From contig CAWJMB010000002.1 in assembly GCA_963843845.1 (NCBI GenBank), positions 544,001 through 608,000 on the forward strand: 64,000 bases of DNA, in the 5' to 3' direction. The translations under genes were made by a program, and so were the position numbers. The notes under the pieces are model-generated. The model made no database searches and was not told the origin of the DNA. It saw nothing but the letters and a program-made list of their open reading frames with translations. Of the stretch, positions 12,702 through 21,956 are shown piece after piece (position 1 is the first letter of the stretch; each line of letters opens with the position of its first letter). This DNA comes from an uncultured Gemmatimonadaceae bacterium. GTDB lineage: Bacteria > Gemmatimonadota > Gemmatimonadetes > Gemmatimonadales > Gemmatimonadaceae.

Positions 12702-13640
12702 ATGAGCGACGCGCCTTACGTACCGCTCCGGCCGATTCCGATCAAGGATCGAGCGGCGATCGTGTTTCTCGAGTACGGGCTGATCGACGTCGTCGACGGC
12801 GCATTCGTGCTGATCGACAAGAACGGCGGGCGGATTCAGATCCCGGTCGGCGGGCTCGCGTGTCTCATGCTCGAGCCGGGGACGCGCATCAGTCACGCGG
12901 CGGTCGCGCTCGCGGCGCGCGTCGCCTGTCTGCTCGTATGGGTCGGCGAAGGCGGCGTGCGTCTATACGCCTCTGGTCAGCCCGGCGGGGCGCGTGCCGA
13001 CCGCCTGCTCTATCAAGCGCAGGCCGCGCTCGACGAGACGCCGAGGCTGCGGGTCGTGCGGGCGATGTACAAGTTACGCTTCGGTGAGGAGCCGCCGGCA
13101 CGCCGGTCGGTGGATCAGCTTCGTGGCATCGAGGGAGCGCGGGTGCGGACACTCTACCAGCGGCTCGCGCGGTTGCACGGCGTGACGTGGGACAACCGTC
13201 GGTATGATCCGGCCGCGTGGGACCAAGCGGACGTGCCGAACCGCTGCCTGTCCGCGGCGACGGCGTGCCTGTACGGACTCTCGGAGGCGGCGATCCTCGC
13301 GGCTGGCTACGCGCCGGCGATCGGCTTTCTGCATCGCGGGAAGCCGCTGAGCTTCGTGTACGACATCGCCGATCTGTTCAAGTTCGAGACGGTCGTGCCG
13401 GCGGCGTTCTCGGTCGCCGGGAAGGTGGAGCGTGGGCAGGGTGGCGGGATGCCCATCGAACGTCAGGTGCGGCTTGCGTGTCGAGACGCGTTCCGCAGGA
13501 CGAAGCTGCTCGAGCGGATCATTCCCACGATCGGCGAACTGCTCACGGCGAGTGGCGTCACGCCGCCGGCCGACGCCCCCGAGGGGCAGGCGCCGGCGCT
13601 CCCGGCTCCGGTATCAGGCGATGATGGTCATCGCGGTTGA
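12702..13640 (+). CDS. cas1: Type I-E Cas1
   Basis: PIPIKDR, LMLEPGTRISHAAV, WVGEGGVRLY, QLRGIEGARVR, GYAPAIGFLH.GKPLSFVYDIADL. Confidence 0.97.
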   Translation: MSDAPYVPLRPIPIKDRAAIVFLEYGLIDVVDGAFVLIDKNGGRIQIPVGGLACLMLEPGTRISHAAVALAARVACLLVWVGEGGVRLYASGQPGGARADRLLYQAQAALDETPRLRVVRAMYKLRFGEEPPARRSVDQLRGIEGARVRTLYQRLARLHGVTWDNRRYDPAAWDQADVPNRCLSAATACLYGLSEAAILAAGYAPAIGFLHRGKPLSFVYDIADLFKFETVVPAAFSVAGKVERGQGGGMPIERQVRLACRDAFRRTKLLERIIPTIGELLTASGVTPPADAPEGQAPALPAPVSGDDGHRG

Positions 13641-13905
13641 GAATGCCCCGCCGCGCCTGCGCGGTCGATTGGCGCTCTGGCTCGCCGAGGTGCGAGCTGG
13701 AGTGTACGTCGGCGTGTACTCGGTGCGGACGCGGGAGCGAATCTGGGACGAGGTGCTGCAACTGCTCGGTGACGGCTCGGCGGTGTTAGCGTGGGATGCG
13801 CCGACGGATTCCGGGTTCGCGTTCGAAACGGCAGGGCCGAATCGTCGGGAGTCGATCGATCTGGACGGGCTGACCTTGGTGCGGTTTTCGAGGGATGCCG
13901 GGTGA
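13621..13905 (+). CDS. cas2: Type I-E Cas2
   Basis: MMVIAVENAPPRLRGRLALWLAEVRAGVYVG...IDLDGLTLVRF. Confidence 0.95.
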   Translation: MMVIAVENAPPRLRGRLALWLAEVRAGVYVGVYSVRTRERIWDEVLQLLGDGSAVLAWDAPTDSGFAFETAGPNRRESIDLDGLTLVRFSRDAG

Positions 13906-13983
13906 GATAGGAACAGGTGTTTGGGTCGGTAGGGTTTAGAGCCTCGCCATAAGTCGTTGGTGGGGCTCGTGTTGGTTGTAAGA
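13906..13983 (+). promoter_or_regulatory. CRISPR leader with IHF-like site
   Basis: Lower-GC stretch between cas2 and the first repeat; TAAGTCGTTGGTG (13950-13962) resembles the IHF consensus YAANNNNTTGATW about 22 nt before repeat 1. Confidence 0.7.
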
Positions 13984-16644
13984 GCGTTCCCCGCACACGC
14001 GGGGATGATCCGTCGATCGCGGATCGCGTCGCCGGCTCCTGCGGCGTTCCCCGCACACGCGGGGATGATCCGCCGCGACTGACGCCGAAGCGCGCCGTCG
14101 TGTTGCGTTCCCCGCACACGCGGGGATGATCCGATCGGACGACCACGGTCCGGCCGTGCCGGTCGAGCGTTCCCCGCACACGCGGGGATGATCCGGCGTC
14201 GCTCAGCGTGCTCGAGCTCGGGTTCGGGCGTTCCCCGCACACGCGGGGATGATCCGTGCGAGCCGTCGGCGCGTCGTGCTCGCGATGCGCGCGTTCCCCG
14301 CACACGCGGGGATGATCCGCGGTACCGCGGCGTCGAGCGCGGGCCGTCGGCGTTCCCCGCACACGCGGGGATGATCCGCGCTCGCCGTCGAACTGCCGCC
14401 TGACCGGGACGCGCGTTCCCCGCACACGCGGGGATGATCCGCGCTGCGCCGATGCGGTCAGCCGTCGGCAGTCGTCGCGTTCCCCGCACACGCGGGGATG
14501 ATCCGAGTAACCGCGAGACGCGCCGGCGTCAAGCCCTGCGTTCCCCGCACACGCGGGGATGATCCGTAGTCGTCCGCGATGGTCGCCCGCCTGCATCGCG
14601 CGTTCCCCGCACACGCGGGGATGATCCGCCGCAATTAGCCTAGCGAGGCAGGCGGTACAGCGTTCCCCGCACACGCGGGGATGATCCGCTGACCGCCGCG
14701 CTCGGCGTGCTGCTCGACGCAGCGTTCCCCGCACACGCGGGGATGATCCGCGCGTCGCCGTCGAACTGCCGCTCGACCGGGAGGCGTTCCCCGCACACGC
14801 GGGGATGATCCGGCGCGGCGCCGGCGACGGCGATCGCCGGCGTCGCGTTCCCCGCACACGCGGGGATGATCCGCGCGCGCGGCGCCGACTGCCGCCGACG
14901 GGCTACGCGTTCCCCGCACACGCGGGGATGATCCGTCGCCGCACGGCGTCGCGGACGCACGGCGGTCCGGCGTTCCCCGCACACGCGGGGATGATCCGTC
15001 GCTCGGTCGCAGCACCGCCGACCAGCGTCCGGCGCGTTCCCCGCACACGCGGGGATGATCCGCGCGCTGCGCGCATGCCGTCGGCGACGCGACCGGCGTT
15101 CCCCGCACACGCGGGGATGATCCGCACTGACGCACGGCGCGCCTCGGTGAGCCTGGCGTTCCCCGCACACGCGGGGATGATCCGCGCTCGCCATCTCGCT
15201 CGTACGTGGTCGCCGCGTTCCCCGCACACGCGGGGATGATCCGACCGACGCAGACCGGAACGGCGTGGACCCGCTCGCGTTCCCCGCACACGCGGGGATG
15301 ATCCGCACGTCGCGTACCGCCGCACTGCGGGCGATGTCCCGCGTTCCCCGCACACGCGGGGATGATCCGCGCGTGCGCTCGTCGCCCGTCGTCCAGAGTG
15401 GCGTTCCCCGCACACGCGGGGATGATCCGGCGCAGGCATCCGCGACCTGCGAGGCCGATGTCGCGTTCCCCGCACACGCGGGGATGATCCGACCTCGGTG
15501 AGCCGCTGCGGTCGAGCGGCGCGCGTTCCCCGCACACGCGGGGATGATCCGGTCGTCAGCAACTCCGGCGGCACCTGCCAGGCGTTCCCCGCACACGCGG
15601 GGATGATCCGCACTCGCGTTCCCCGCACTGCGGCGGATGTCCCGCGTTCCCCGCACACGCGGGGATGATCCGACGCAGACGCGGCGCGTCGTCACACCGC
15701 AGCCGCGTTCCCCGCACACGCGGGGATGATCCGGTGATCTCCTCGGGCTGAGCCCAGAGCGCGAGCGTTCCCCGCACACGCGGGGATGATCCGCTCGTCG
15801 AGGCGTACGTGCTGCCGGGCGGGCCGCGTTCCCCGCACACGCGGGGATGATCCGGCGTCGCTCACGGCGGCCCTCGCGGCGCCCCTGCGTTCCCCGCACA
15901 CGCGGGGATGATCCGGGCACCGCCGGCAGCGGCGTGCTCAACGCGGCGTTCCCCGCACACGCGGGGATGATCCGGTGAGGGGCACGGGCCGTACGGGCTG
16001 CGGCGGCGTTCCCCGCACACGCGGGGATGATCCGATCGGTGACTGGTCGACGACGGATATCGCGGGGCGTTCCCCGCACACGCGGGGATGATCCGAACTC
16101 GACGCGCGCGGCAAGGCGGCGTTCGTGGCGTTCCCCGCACACGCGGGGATGATCCGCGCACTCTCCCCGGCGGCGCGTGCAGGCGCCGCGTTCCCCGCAC
16201 ACGCGGGGATGATCCGCGGAGATCGCGCGGCGAGTGGAGGTCGAGCGAGGCGTTCCCCGCACACGCGGGGATGATCCGCGGTGTGGCCGTTTCACCGCGC
16301 GCTCGTGGCCGCGTTCCCCGCACACGCGGGGATGATCCGGCCTCCTCCGGCCGAACGCCGTTTGCCGACGCGCGTTCCCCGCACACGCGGGGATGATCCG
16401 GCGGCGGTCGGCACGGCGCCGCCGCAGCGCGTGCGTTCCCCGCACACGCGGGGATGATCCGGCCGACTGGATCGACCTCGCGCCCCCGCTCGCGCGTTCC
16501 CCGCAAACGCGGGGATGATCCGTCGGCCAGCAAGCAGACCGCCGCCCGCACCGAGCGTTCCCCGCACACGCGGGGATGATCCGCCGGGCAAGCGACACGC
16601 CTTCGCGCCCCACACGCGTTCCCTGCGCACGCGAGCATGTTCGC
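13984..16644 (+). CRISPR. Type I-E CRISPR array: 44 repeats (29-bp GCGTTCCCCGCACACGCGGGGATGATCCG), 43 spacers of 30-35 bp
   Basis: Counted by eye; repeat 42 (16494) has one substitution; degenerate terminal repeat GCGTTCCCTGCGCACGCGAGCATGTTCGC at 16616-16644; E. coli-like I-E hairpin. Confidence 0.98.
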
Positions 16645-16839
16645 GCTCGACCTCCGGAGCGTGCAGACGATGGACCGCGGCTTCGTGGGCTCCGAGGTTC
16701 GCGAGGCTGTGCACTAGGCCGAGCACTTCGCGCTGTCGTGCCCGTGCACGCGCGCCATCAGCGAGCGGGCGCGCGCCGGAAGGCAGCGAGCCGCGCCCCG
16801 TCTCCCCGCTCATGTCTGGCGCTGCGGCGTGTCTCTCGA

Positions 16840-17300
16840 GCATGCGTCCCCTGCTCACGATGACGTCGGGGCTCGACGACGCGCTGCGTCACGTCGCGCC
16901 GCCAGGGACGCCCTTCTACGACGACACCCCCGCGTGCTACCCACGGTTCGGCGTGCTCAAGCCGATGGTCGCCGGGACTCCCGCTCGGTGCTCGGCGACT
17001 GGACGTGTCGGCGGGTGATGCTCGCGTCGTCGAGCGCGCACGACCCGGTCCCGGCGTACGGGAATCTGTGGTGGATCGACGGCAAGGCGCGCTGTCGCAC
17101 CCCCGGGCCGTATCTGCTCCCCGCGAACGCCGGCCCGCTCGTGCCGAGCGCGCCGAGTGACATGGTGGCGGCGTCGGGCGCGGACGACGAGAAGATCTAC
17201 GTCGTTCCGTCGCACGACCTCGTCGTCGTGCGACACGGCCGCCGCTCGAACGTCGCGGCCGCGTCGAGCCTGCTCGCCGTCACCAGGTGCGACGAGGAGC
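16840..17300 (+). pseudogene. Fragment of a beta-lactamase-family serine hydrolase
   Basis: LLTMTSGLDD...PPGTPFYD and, in another frame, PAYGNLWWIDG...LVPSAPSDMVAASGADDEKIYVVPSHDLVVVRHG; N-terminus and SxxK motif absent, internal deletion. Confidence 0.7.
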
Positions 17301-17558
17301 TGCGGGGTCGCCTACGGCGTCGCCTGCGGCTGGCACTGCGCGACCGAGGCGATCCGGGGCGGGGCAACCCTTTTCGCGGTCCCGGCATCCAAGCCCGTAG
17401 ACGCGCGACGTCGCCTCGGTGGCGGCGGTGCCTAACGATCCGACCGGCCTGACGACTCGCGTCAGGCGCGTCGGCCGTAGGGCGGTCGCGCGCCGCGGCG
17501 AGCCCGCGCCCGTGTGAGACGCGCTCGCCGACATCTCCCTCCAGCGGAGGATCTCGTC

Positions 17559-18002
17559 ATGCCGCACGCGCCTCGCCTCGCCCGCTCGCTCGTCGCGCTG
17601 TCCGCGCTCGCCGCGGCCGCCCCGCTCGCTCCGCTCGCCGTCGTCGGCGCGCAGGCGGTCGTCGTGCCCGCCGCGTACACGCCGCACGGCGCGGCGATCG
17701 CCGCGCCGGCCGTGCCCCTGCGCGGGGTGTTCCGCATCTCCATGCAGAAGCAGAACGCGGCCGCGGTCCCGGCGACGCTCATCGTCGAGCGGCGCGGCGA
17801 GCGGCTGGATGCGTCGCTCGTCGTCGATCATCACGTCTCGGTCCTGGAGTCGGTGCGCGTCGACGGCGACGTGCTCGAGGCGACGGTGCGCACCGAGGCG
17901 GGGCCGTCGAAGCTGCGCGTGCGCATCAGCGGCGACTCGGTCGACGGCACGCTCACCGCGAGACGCGACGTCTGGAAGGTGCTCGGCGACCGCAGCGCGT
18001 GA
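17559..18002 (+). CDS. Hypothetical secreted beta-rich protein
   Basis: GGAGG RBS; signal peptide ending AQA; alternating beta-strand pattern. Confidence 0.7.
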   Translation: MPHAPRLARSLVALSALAAAAPLAPLAVVGAQAVVVPAAYTPHGAAIAAPAVPLRGVFRISMQKQNAAAVPATLIVERRGERLDASLVVDHHVSVLESVRVDGDVLEATVRTEAGPSKLRVRISGDSVDGTLTARRDVWKVLGDRSA

Positions 18003-18015
18003 TCGCCGCCCGCCG

Positions 18016-19113
18016 TCAGATGCCTAACGACGCGCGATGGCCGGCGAGCGGCTCGATGGCGCGCGCGTCCGCGCCGAGCGCCGCGGTCAGCGCCCCGCTT
18101 CCCGTGACGCCGCGCTCGGCGGTCGCGGCGTCGCACGGGAACACGGTGTTGAGGTCCCACAGCCAGCGCCGCGCGGCGCGCCCGGCGACTTCGACGTCGC
18201 CGGCGATGACCCGACGGAGCAGCTCGCGCGCGACGCTCGCGCCGCTCGGGAAGCGGGGGACGACGCGCGCGGCCTCGACGACGCTGGCTTCGGGGAGCGG
18301 CTCGTCGGCGCGCGTCGCCGTGACGAAGCGCTTCGCGCGCGAGGCGCGCCCCGACGCGACGGCGCGGAGCAGCGGGTCGCGCGCGAGGACCGCGGCCATC
18401 AGCGCGTCGTCGAGCGACACCGCCGCGCGGTCGTCGTCCTCGTCGTCGGCACCCCCGCGCGCCGCGCCGGCGGAATCGTTAGGCAGGGTGCCTAACGGGT
18501 CGAGGAGCGCGCGCCGGCGGACGTCGTCGGGCGTCGCGTCGGTCCAGCCGAACTGCGACGACGCGGCGTCGTAGGCGGCGAGCACGGCGTCCTGCATCTC
18601 GTCGGCGAAGTCCTCGCCCGTCTGCGCGGCGCGCTCGGCGACGTGGCGGAGCGGCGTGGCGAGCTTCTGCGTCTGCTCCGCGGTCGGCTCGGCGCCCAGC
18701 TCGGCGGCGAGCGAGGCGAGGTACTCGTTCCACGCGGCGAGGCCGGGGGGCGGGGCGAAGCCGACCGCGTGGCAGAGCCGTGTGTCGGGGTCCTCGCCGA
18801 GCACGAACGGGTGGCGGCCGGCGGTACCGCGGTCCTTCAGCGTGTGCGCGACGCAACAGGCGACGGCGAGGCGGGCGCGGCCGGCGCGCGCGTGGTCGAC
18901 CTCGCTCGGGCCACGCCGGCCGGTGCGTTCGGTGACGATGATCGCGGCGTCGGCGAGCAGCGACCAGAGGGCGAACGGACTCGCGACGGCGCGCAGGTCG
19001 TGGGCGCGCTCGGCGTCGGCGAGCGCGCGGGCGAGCTGTCGCGCGGCGACGAGGTCGAGGTCGCGAACGAGGGCGCGGTAGGCGCTGGCGTCGAGGATGA
19101 CGGTGCGGAGCAT
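18016..19113 (-). CDS. Hypothetical protein with PIN-like N-terminus
   Basis: MLRTVILDASAY...ASPFALWSLL; GC3-biased codons. Confidence 0.6.
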   Translation of the reverse strand: MLRTVILDASAYRALVRDLDLVAARQLARALADAERAHDLRAVASPFALWSLLADAAIIVTERTGRRGPSEVDHARAGRARLAVACCVAHTLKDRGTAGRHPFVLGEDPDTRLCHAVGFAPPPGLAAWNEYLASLAAELGAEPTAEQTQKLATPLRHVAERAAQTGEDFADEMQDAVLAAYDAASSQFGWTDATPDDVRRRALLDPLGTLPNDSAGAARGGADDEDDDRAAVSLDDALMAAVLARDPLLRAVASGRASRAKRFVTATRADEPLPEASVVEAARVVPRFPSGASVARELLRRVIAGDVEVAGRAARRWLWDLNTVFPCDAATAERGVTGSGALTAALGADARAIEPLAGHRASLGI

Positions 19114-19145
19114 GGAGCGTCGTGGTGAGCGGGGATGAACAGTAC

Positions 19146-19306
19146 AGCCGCACCACCCCACCCGCCGTGAGTCACACCGTATCACCGTAGTTCAGCCGCC
19201 GTTCAACCGCTGTTCGACCGCTGTTCGACCGCTGTTCAACCGCGGTGACACTGCGGACGAACAGCGGTGATACGGTGTGACTCACGGCGGATGGGGTGGT
19301 GCGGCT
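19146..19306. repeat. REPIN/MITE-like element: 42-bp inverted repeats around 11-bp tandem repeats
   Basis: 19146-19187 versus 19265-19306 has one mismatch; interior (CCGCTGTTCRA) x about 4. Confidence 0.85.
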
Positions 19307-19312
19307 CGTGGC

Positions 19313-21097
19313 TCAGCGCTTCTCCACGCGGACCGTCGTGGCGGCGATCCCGACGACGCTCCCGGCCTGCGCGCGCACTTCGAGACGGTACGTGCCTGTC
19401 GCCGTCGGCGGCCACGTGAGCGCGAGCGAGCGGCCGGCGATGCGGTCGCCGGGGCGCGCGGGGTCGCTGAAGCGAACGCCGACCGGCGACTGCGGATCGT
19501 CGCTCAGGCGCAGCGCGCGGCCGACGCGGTCGAAGAAGCCCGCGTCGAGTCGCGTCGCCTGCACCGTCACCTCGACCGCCGCCGCCGAGTCGAGCGGGGC
19601 GTAGCTCTCCCAGTAGAGGCCGATCCGCTCGCCCGCCGTGATCGTGCGGCCGCCGAGCGGCCGGTCGCGGACGAGCTGCTCGAGCGGCGCATCGGGCGAC
19701 GGCGGGCCGCTCAGCAGCAGGAGGTCCGACGTGATGGCGTCGGGAGGGAGCGGTGCGAGCGCGCCGCGCGCCCGCTTCGCGCGTCCGCGCCGCGCGTCGA
19801 GCACCTCGAGGCTCGCGAGCACCGGCGCGCCGTCGGCGAGGCGCGTCATGATCGTGCCACCGCTCGCGCTGTCTCCGCGTATCACCGTGAGGCGCCCCGC
19901 CGAGTCGGCGAGCGCGAGCGCGGCGACCGGAGTGCGGGCGGGGGCGGGGAAGCCGGCGCGGGCCGGGTCGTCCGGCGTCGGGAGCGTGTCGCGCCGCCAC
20001 GCCGCGTCGCGCGCCGCGTCCCACGTCGCGACGACGAGCGTCGAGTCGCCGCGACGGAAGCGGGCGAACTGGTGCGGCAGCGCGTCGAAACGCGTGACGG
20101 CGTAGCGCGGCGCGTAGCGCATCGGTCCGACCGACGCATTCAACGTCCAGTCGGCGGTGTCGCTCGCGGTCGGCGCCGCGATCGCGCGCGCCTTCGGCAC
20201 GAACGCGTAGCTCGGCGTCGCTTCATGGCCGACGACCGAGCGCGCGTCGGTGCCGAGCGTGCCGTACTGCACGCGCACCGACCACGCCACCGGCCAGCCG
20301 TAGCGCGCCTCGAGCTCGGCGAAGTCGTCGCCCCACGGCATGTCGTACTCGATCGCCCCGTCCTCGCGGATGCGCGACATCGTGCGGCGGGCGAAGAGCT
20401 CGGTGCGGAGGTCGTTCGCGTCGAGCGAGAGCAGCGGGCGCGTCGCGAGCCAGAAGCGCGCCTCCCACGCGTCGCGCTCGGGGCCGCACGCGAGGCGCCG
20501 GTACTCGCGCGCCGCGTCGCCGTCGAGCCACCAGCGCACGTTCGTCCACGCGCACCGCTCGTACTCGGGCATCGCGGCGAGCGCGCTGTCGTAGGCGGAC
20601 GCGGCGCGCACGTGCTCGTTGCGCAGGTGATACGCGAACCCGCGCAGCGCGAGACACCACGCGGCGCGCGCGCGACACCCTTCGGCGACGGTCGCGGCAG
20701 CATCGAGGCGGCCGCTCTCGGCGAGGTAGCGCACGCGCTGGCCGACGGTCCACTCGTCGATCGAGTCGGCGGACGTCGCGATCGCGGCGGCCGCGGCGGC
20801 GAGCCGGGCGAGCAGCGTGTCGCGCGCGACGGCGACGCTCCGCGGCTCGGGGGGCGGCGGCGGGTCGTCGTTGTTGTTCCAGTAGCAGAGGCGCCCGATC
20901 TGCACCTCGCAGCGGTCGCCGCGACCGCTCGCGCCGCGGTAGCTCGGCAGCCGGAGCCGCCGCTGGTGCTCGAAGTCCGCCTGCGCGCGGCGCGCGGCGC
21001 GGAGCGCGTCGATCGGGGCGAGCCTGGCGCGCTGCGCGGACGCGGGGGCGCTGGCGAGCAGGACTCCGGCGAGGCAGAGCGCGGCGCGGGACGGCAT
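19313..21097 (-). CDS. Large secreted hypothetical protein (helical N-part, Ig-like C-terminus)
   Basis: Signal peptide MPSRAALCLAGVLLASAPASAQ; C-terminal IGLYWESY...GTYRLEVRA. Confidence 0.75.
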   Translation of the reverse strand: MPSRAALCLAGVLLASAPASAQRARLAPIDALRAARRAQADFEHQRRLRLPSYRGASGRGDRCEVQIGRLCYWNNNDDPPPPPEPRSVAVARDTLLARLAAAAAAIATSADSIDEWTVGQRVRYLAESGRLDAAATVAEGCRARAAWCLALRGFAYHLRNEHVRAASAYDSALAAMPEYERCAWTNVRWWLDGDAAREYRRLACGPERDAWEARFWLATRPLLSLDANDLRTELFARRTMSRIREDGAIEYDMPWGDDFAELEARYGWPVAWSVRVQYGTLGTDARSVVGHEATPSYAFVPKARAIAAPTASDTADWTLNASVGPMRYAPRYAVTRFDALPHQFARFRRGDSTLVVATWDAARDAAWRRDTLPTPDDPARAGFPAPARTPVAALALADSAGRLTVIRGDSASGGTIMTRLADGAPVLASLEVLDARRGRAKRARGALAPLPPDAITSDLLLLSGPPSPDAPLEQLVRDRPLGGRTITAGERIGLYWESYAPLDSAAAVEVTVQATRLDAGFFDRVGRALRLSDDPQSPVGVRFSDPARPGDRIAGRSLALTWPPTATGTYRLEVRAQAGSVVGIAATTVRVEKR

Positions 21098-21135
21098 GCA
21101 CCAACGATAGTGAACGGCCGGGGCTCGGCGGCTGT

Positions 21136-21816
21136 TCAGAAATCCTCGTCCGGATGCATCGTCAGCACGAACCCGGTGCCGCGCACGGTGCGGATCGCCG
21201 GGAGTGCGAGCGCCGGGCGGAGCTTCTGGCGCAGTCGCGCGACGTGTGCGTCGACGATGTTCGAGCCGGGGTCGAAGTGCATGTTCCACACGGCTTCGAG
21301 CAGCGCCGTGCGGGACACCACGTGCTCGGCGCGCAGCAGGAGCGCCTCGAGCATCGCGAACTCTTTCGGCGTCAGCGTGATCGCGCGGCCCTTCGCCGTC
21401 ACCGTGCGCCCCAGCCGATCGACCGTGAGCGCGCCGAGCGTGAGCTGCTCGGCGGGGGCGCTGCGGCGGATGGCGGCGCGCACGCGCGCGGCGAGCACGT
21501 CGCCGCTCACCGGCTTGAGGAGATAGTCGTCGGCGCCGGCGTCGAGGCCCCGCACGACGTGCGCGTCGTCGCCGCGGCCGGTCATGATGAGGATCGGCGT
21601 CGTCGAGCCGGTCGTGCGGAGCGCGCGCACGACGTCCATCCCGTCGTGATCGGGGAGCTCGAGGTCGAGCAGGATCGCGTCGTACGAGTGGCGCAGGGCG
21701 CGGGCGGTGCCGTCGGTCGCGGTGGCGCTGACGTCGACGGCGTAGGCCGCCGTCTCGAGCGCGCGGGCGACCACGCGGGCCACCGACGCGTCGTCCTCGA
21801 TCACCAGGACGCGCAT
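21136..21816 (-). CDS. OmpR-family DNA-binding response regulator
   Basis: MRVLVIEDD, LLDLELP, GADDYLLKP, LTPKEFAMLE, SNIVDAHVARLRQKL, IRTVRGTGF. Confidence 0.95.
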   Translation of the reverse strand: MRVLVIEDDASVARVVARALETAAYAVDVSATATDGTARALRHSYDAILLDLELPDHDGMDVVRALRTTGSTTPILIMTGRGDDAHVVRGLDAGADDYLLKPVSGDVLAARVRAAIRRSAPAEQLTLGALTVDRLGRTVTAKGRAITLTPKEFAMLEALLLRAEHVVSRTALLEAVWNMHFDPGSNIVDAHVARLRQKLRPALALPAIRTVRGTGFVLTMHPDEDF

Positions 21817-21956
21817 TGTCCTCCTGGACGGGAGAGGTCACCGCGGCGGACGCCGGACGACCGGGTCGTGACCCCCTCGCACGATCACCACGCCGACTCG
21901 TGCGTCACGTGTGCCTCATGACGCACGACGGTCGTGCGACGTTGATGTCGATGTGA

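Noticed and set aside
14013..16615. Self-targeting spacers within the window
   Set aside because: Only 11-13-nt GC-rich matches seen by eye (e.g. spacer 1 versus about 22659), as expected by chance; a genome-wide BLAST is needed.
13614..16858. Long ORFs across the CRISPR array
   Set aside because: They are translations of the repeats (IIPACAGNA, GSSPRVRGT, DHPRVCGER), not genes.
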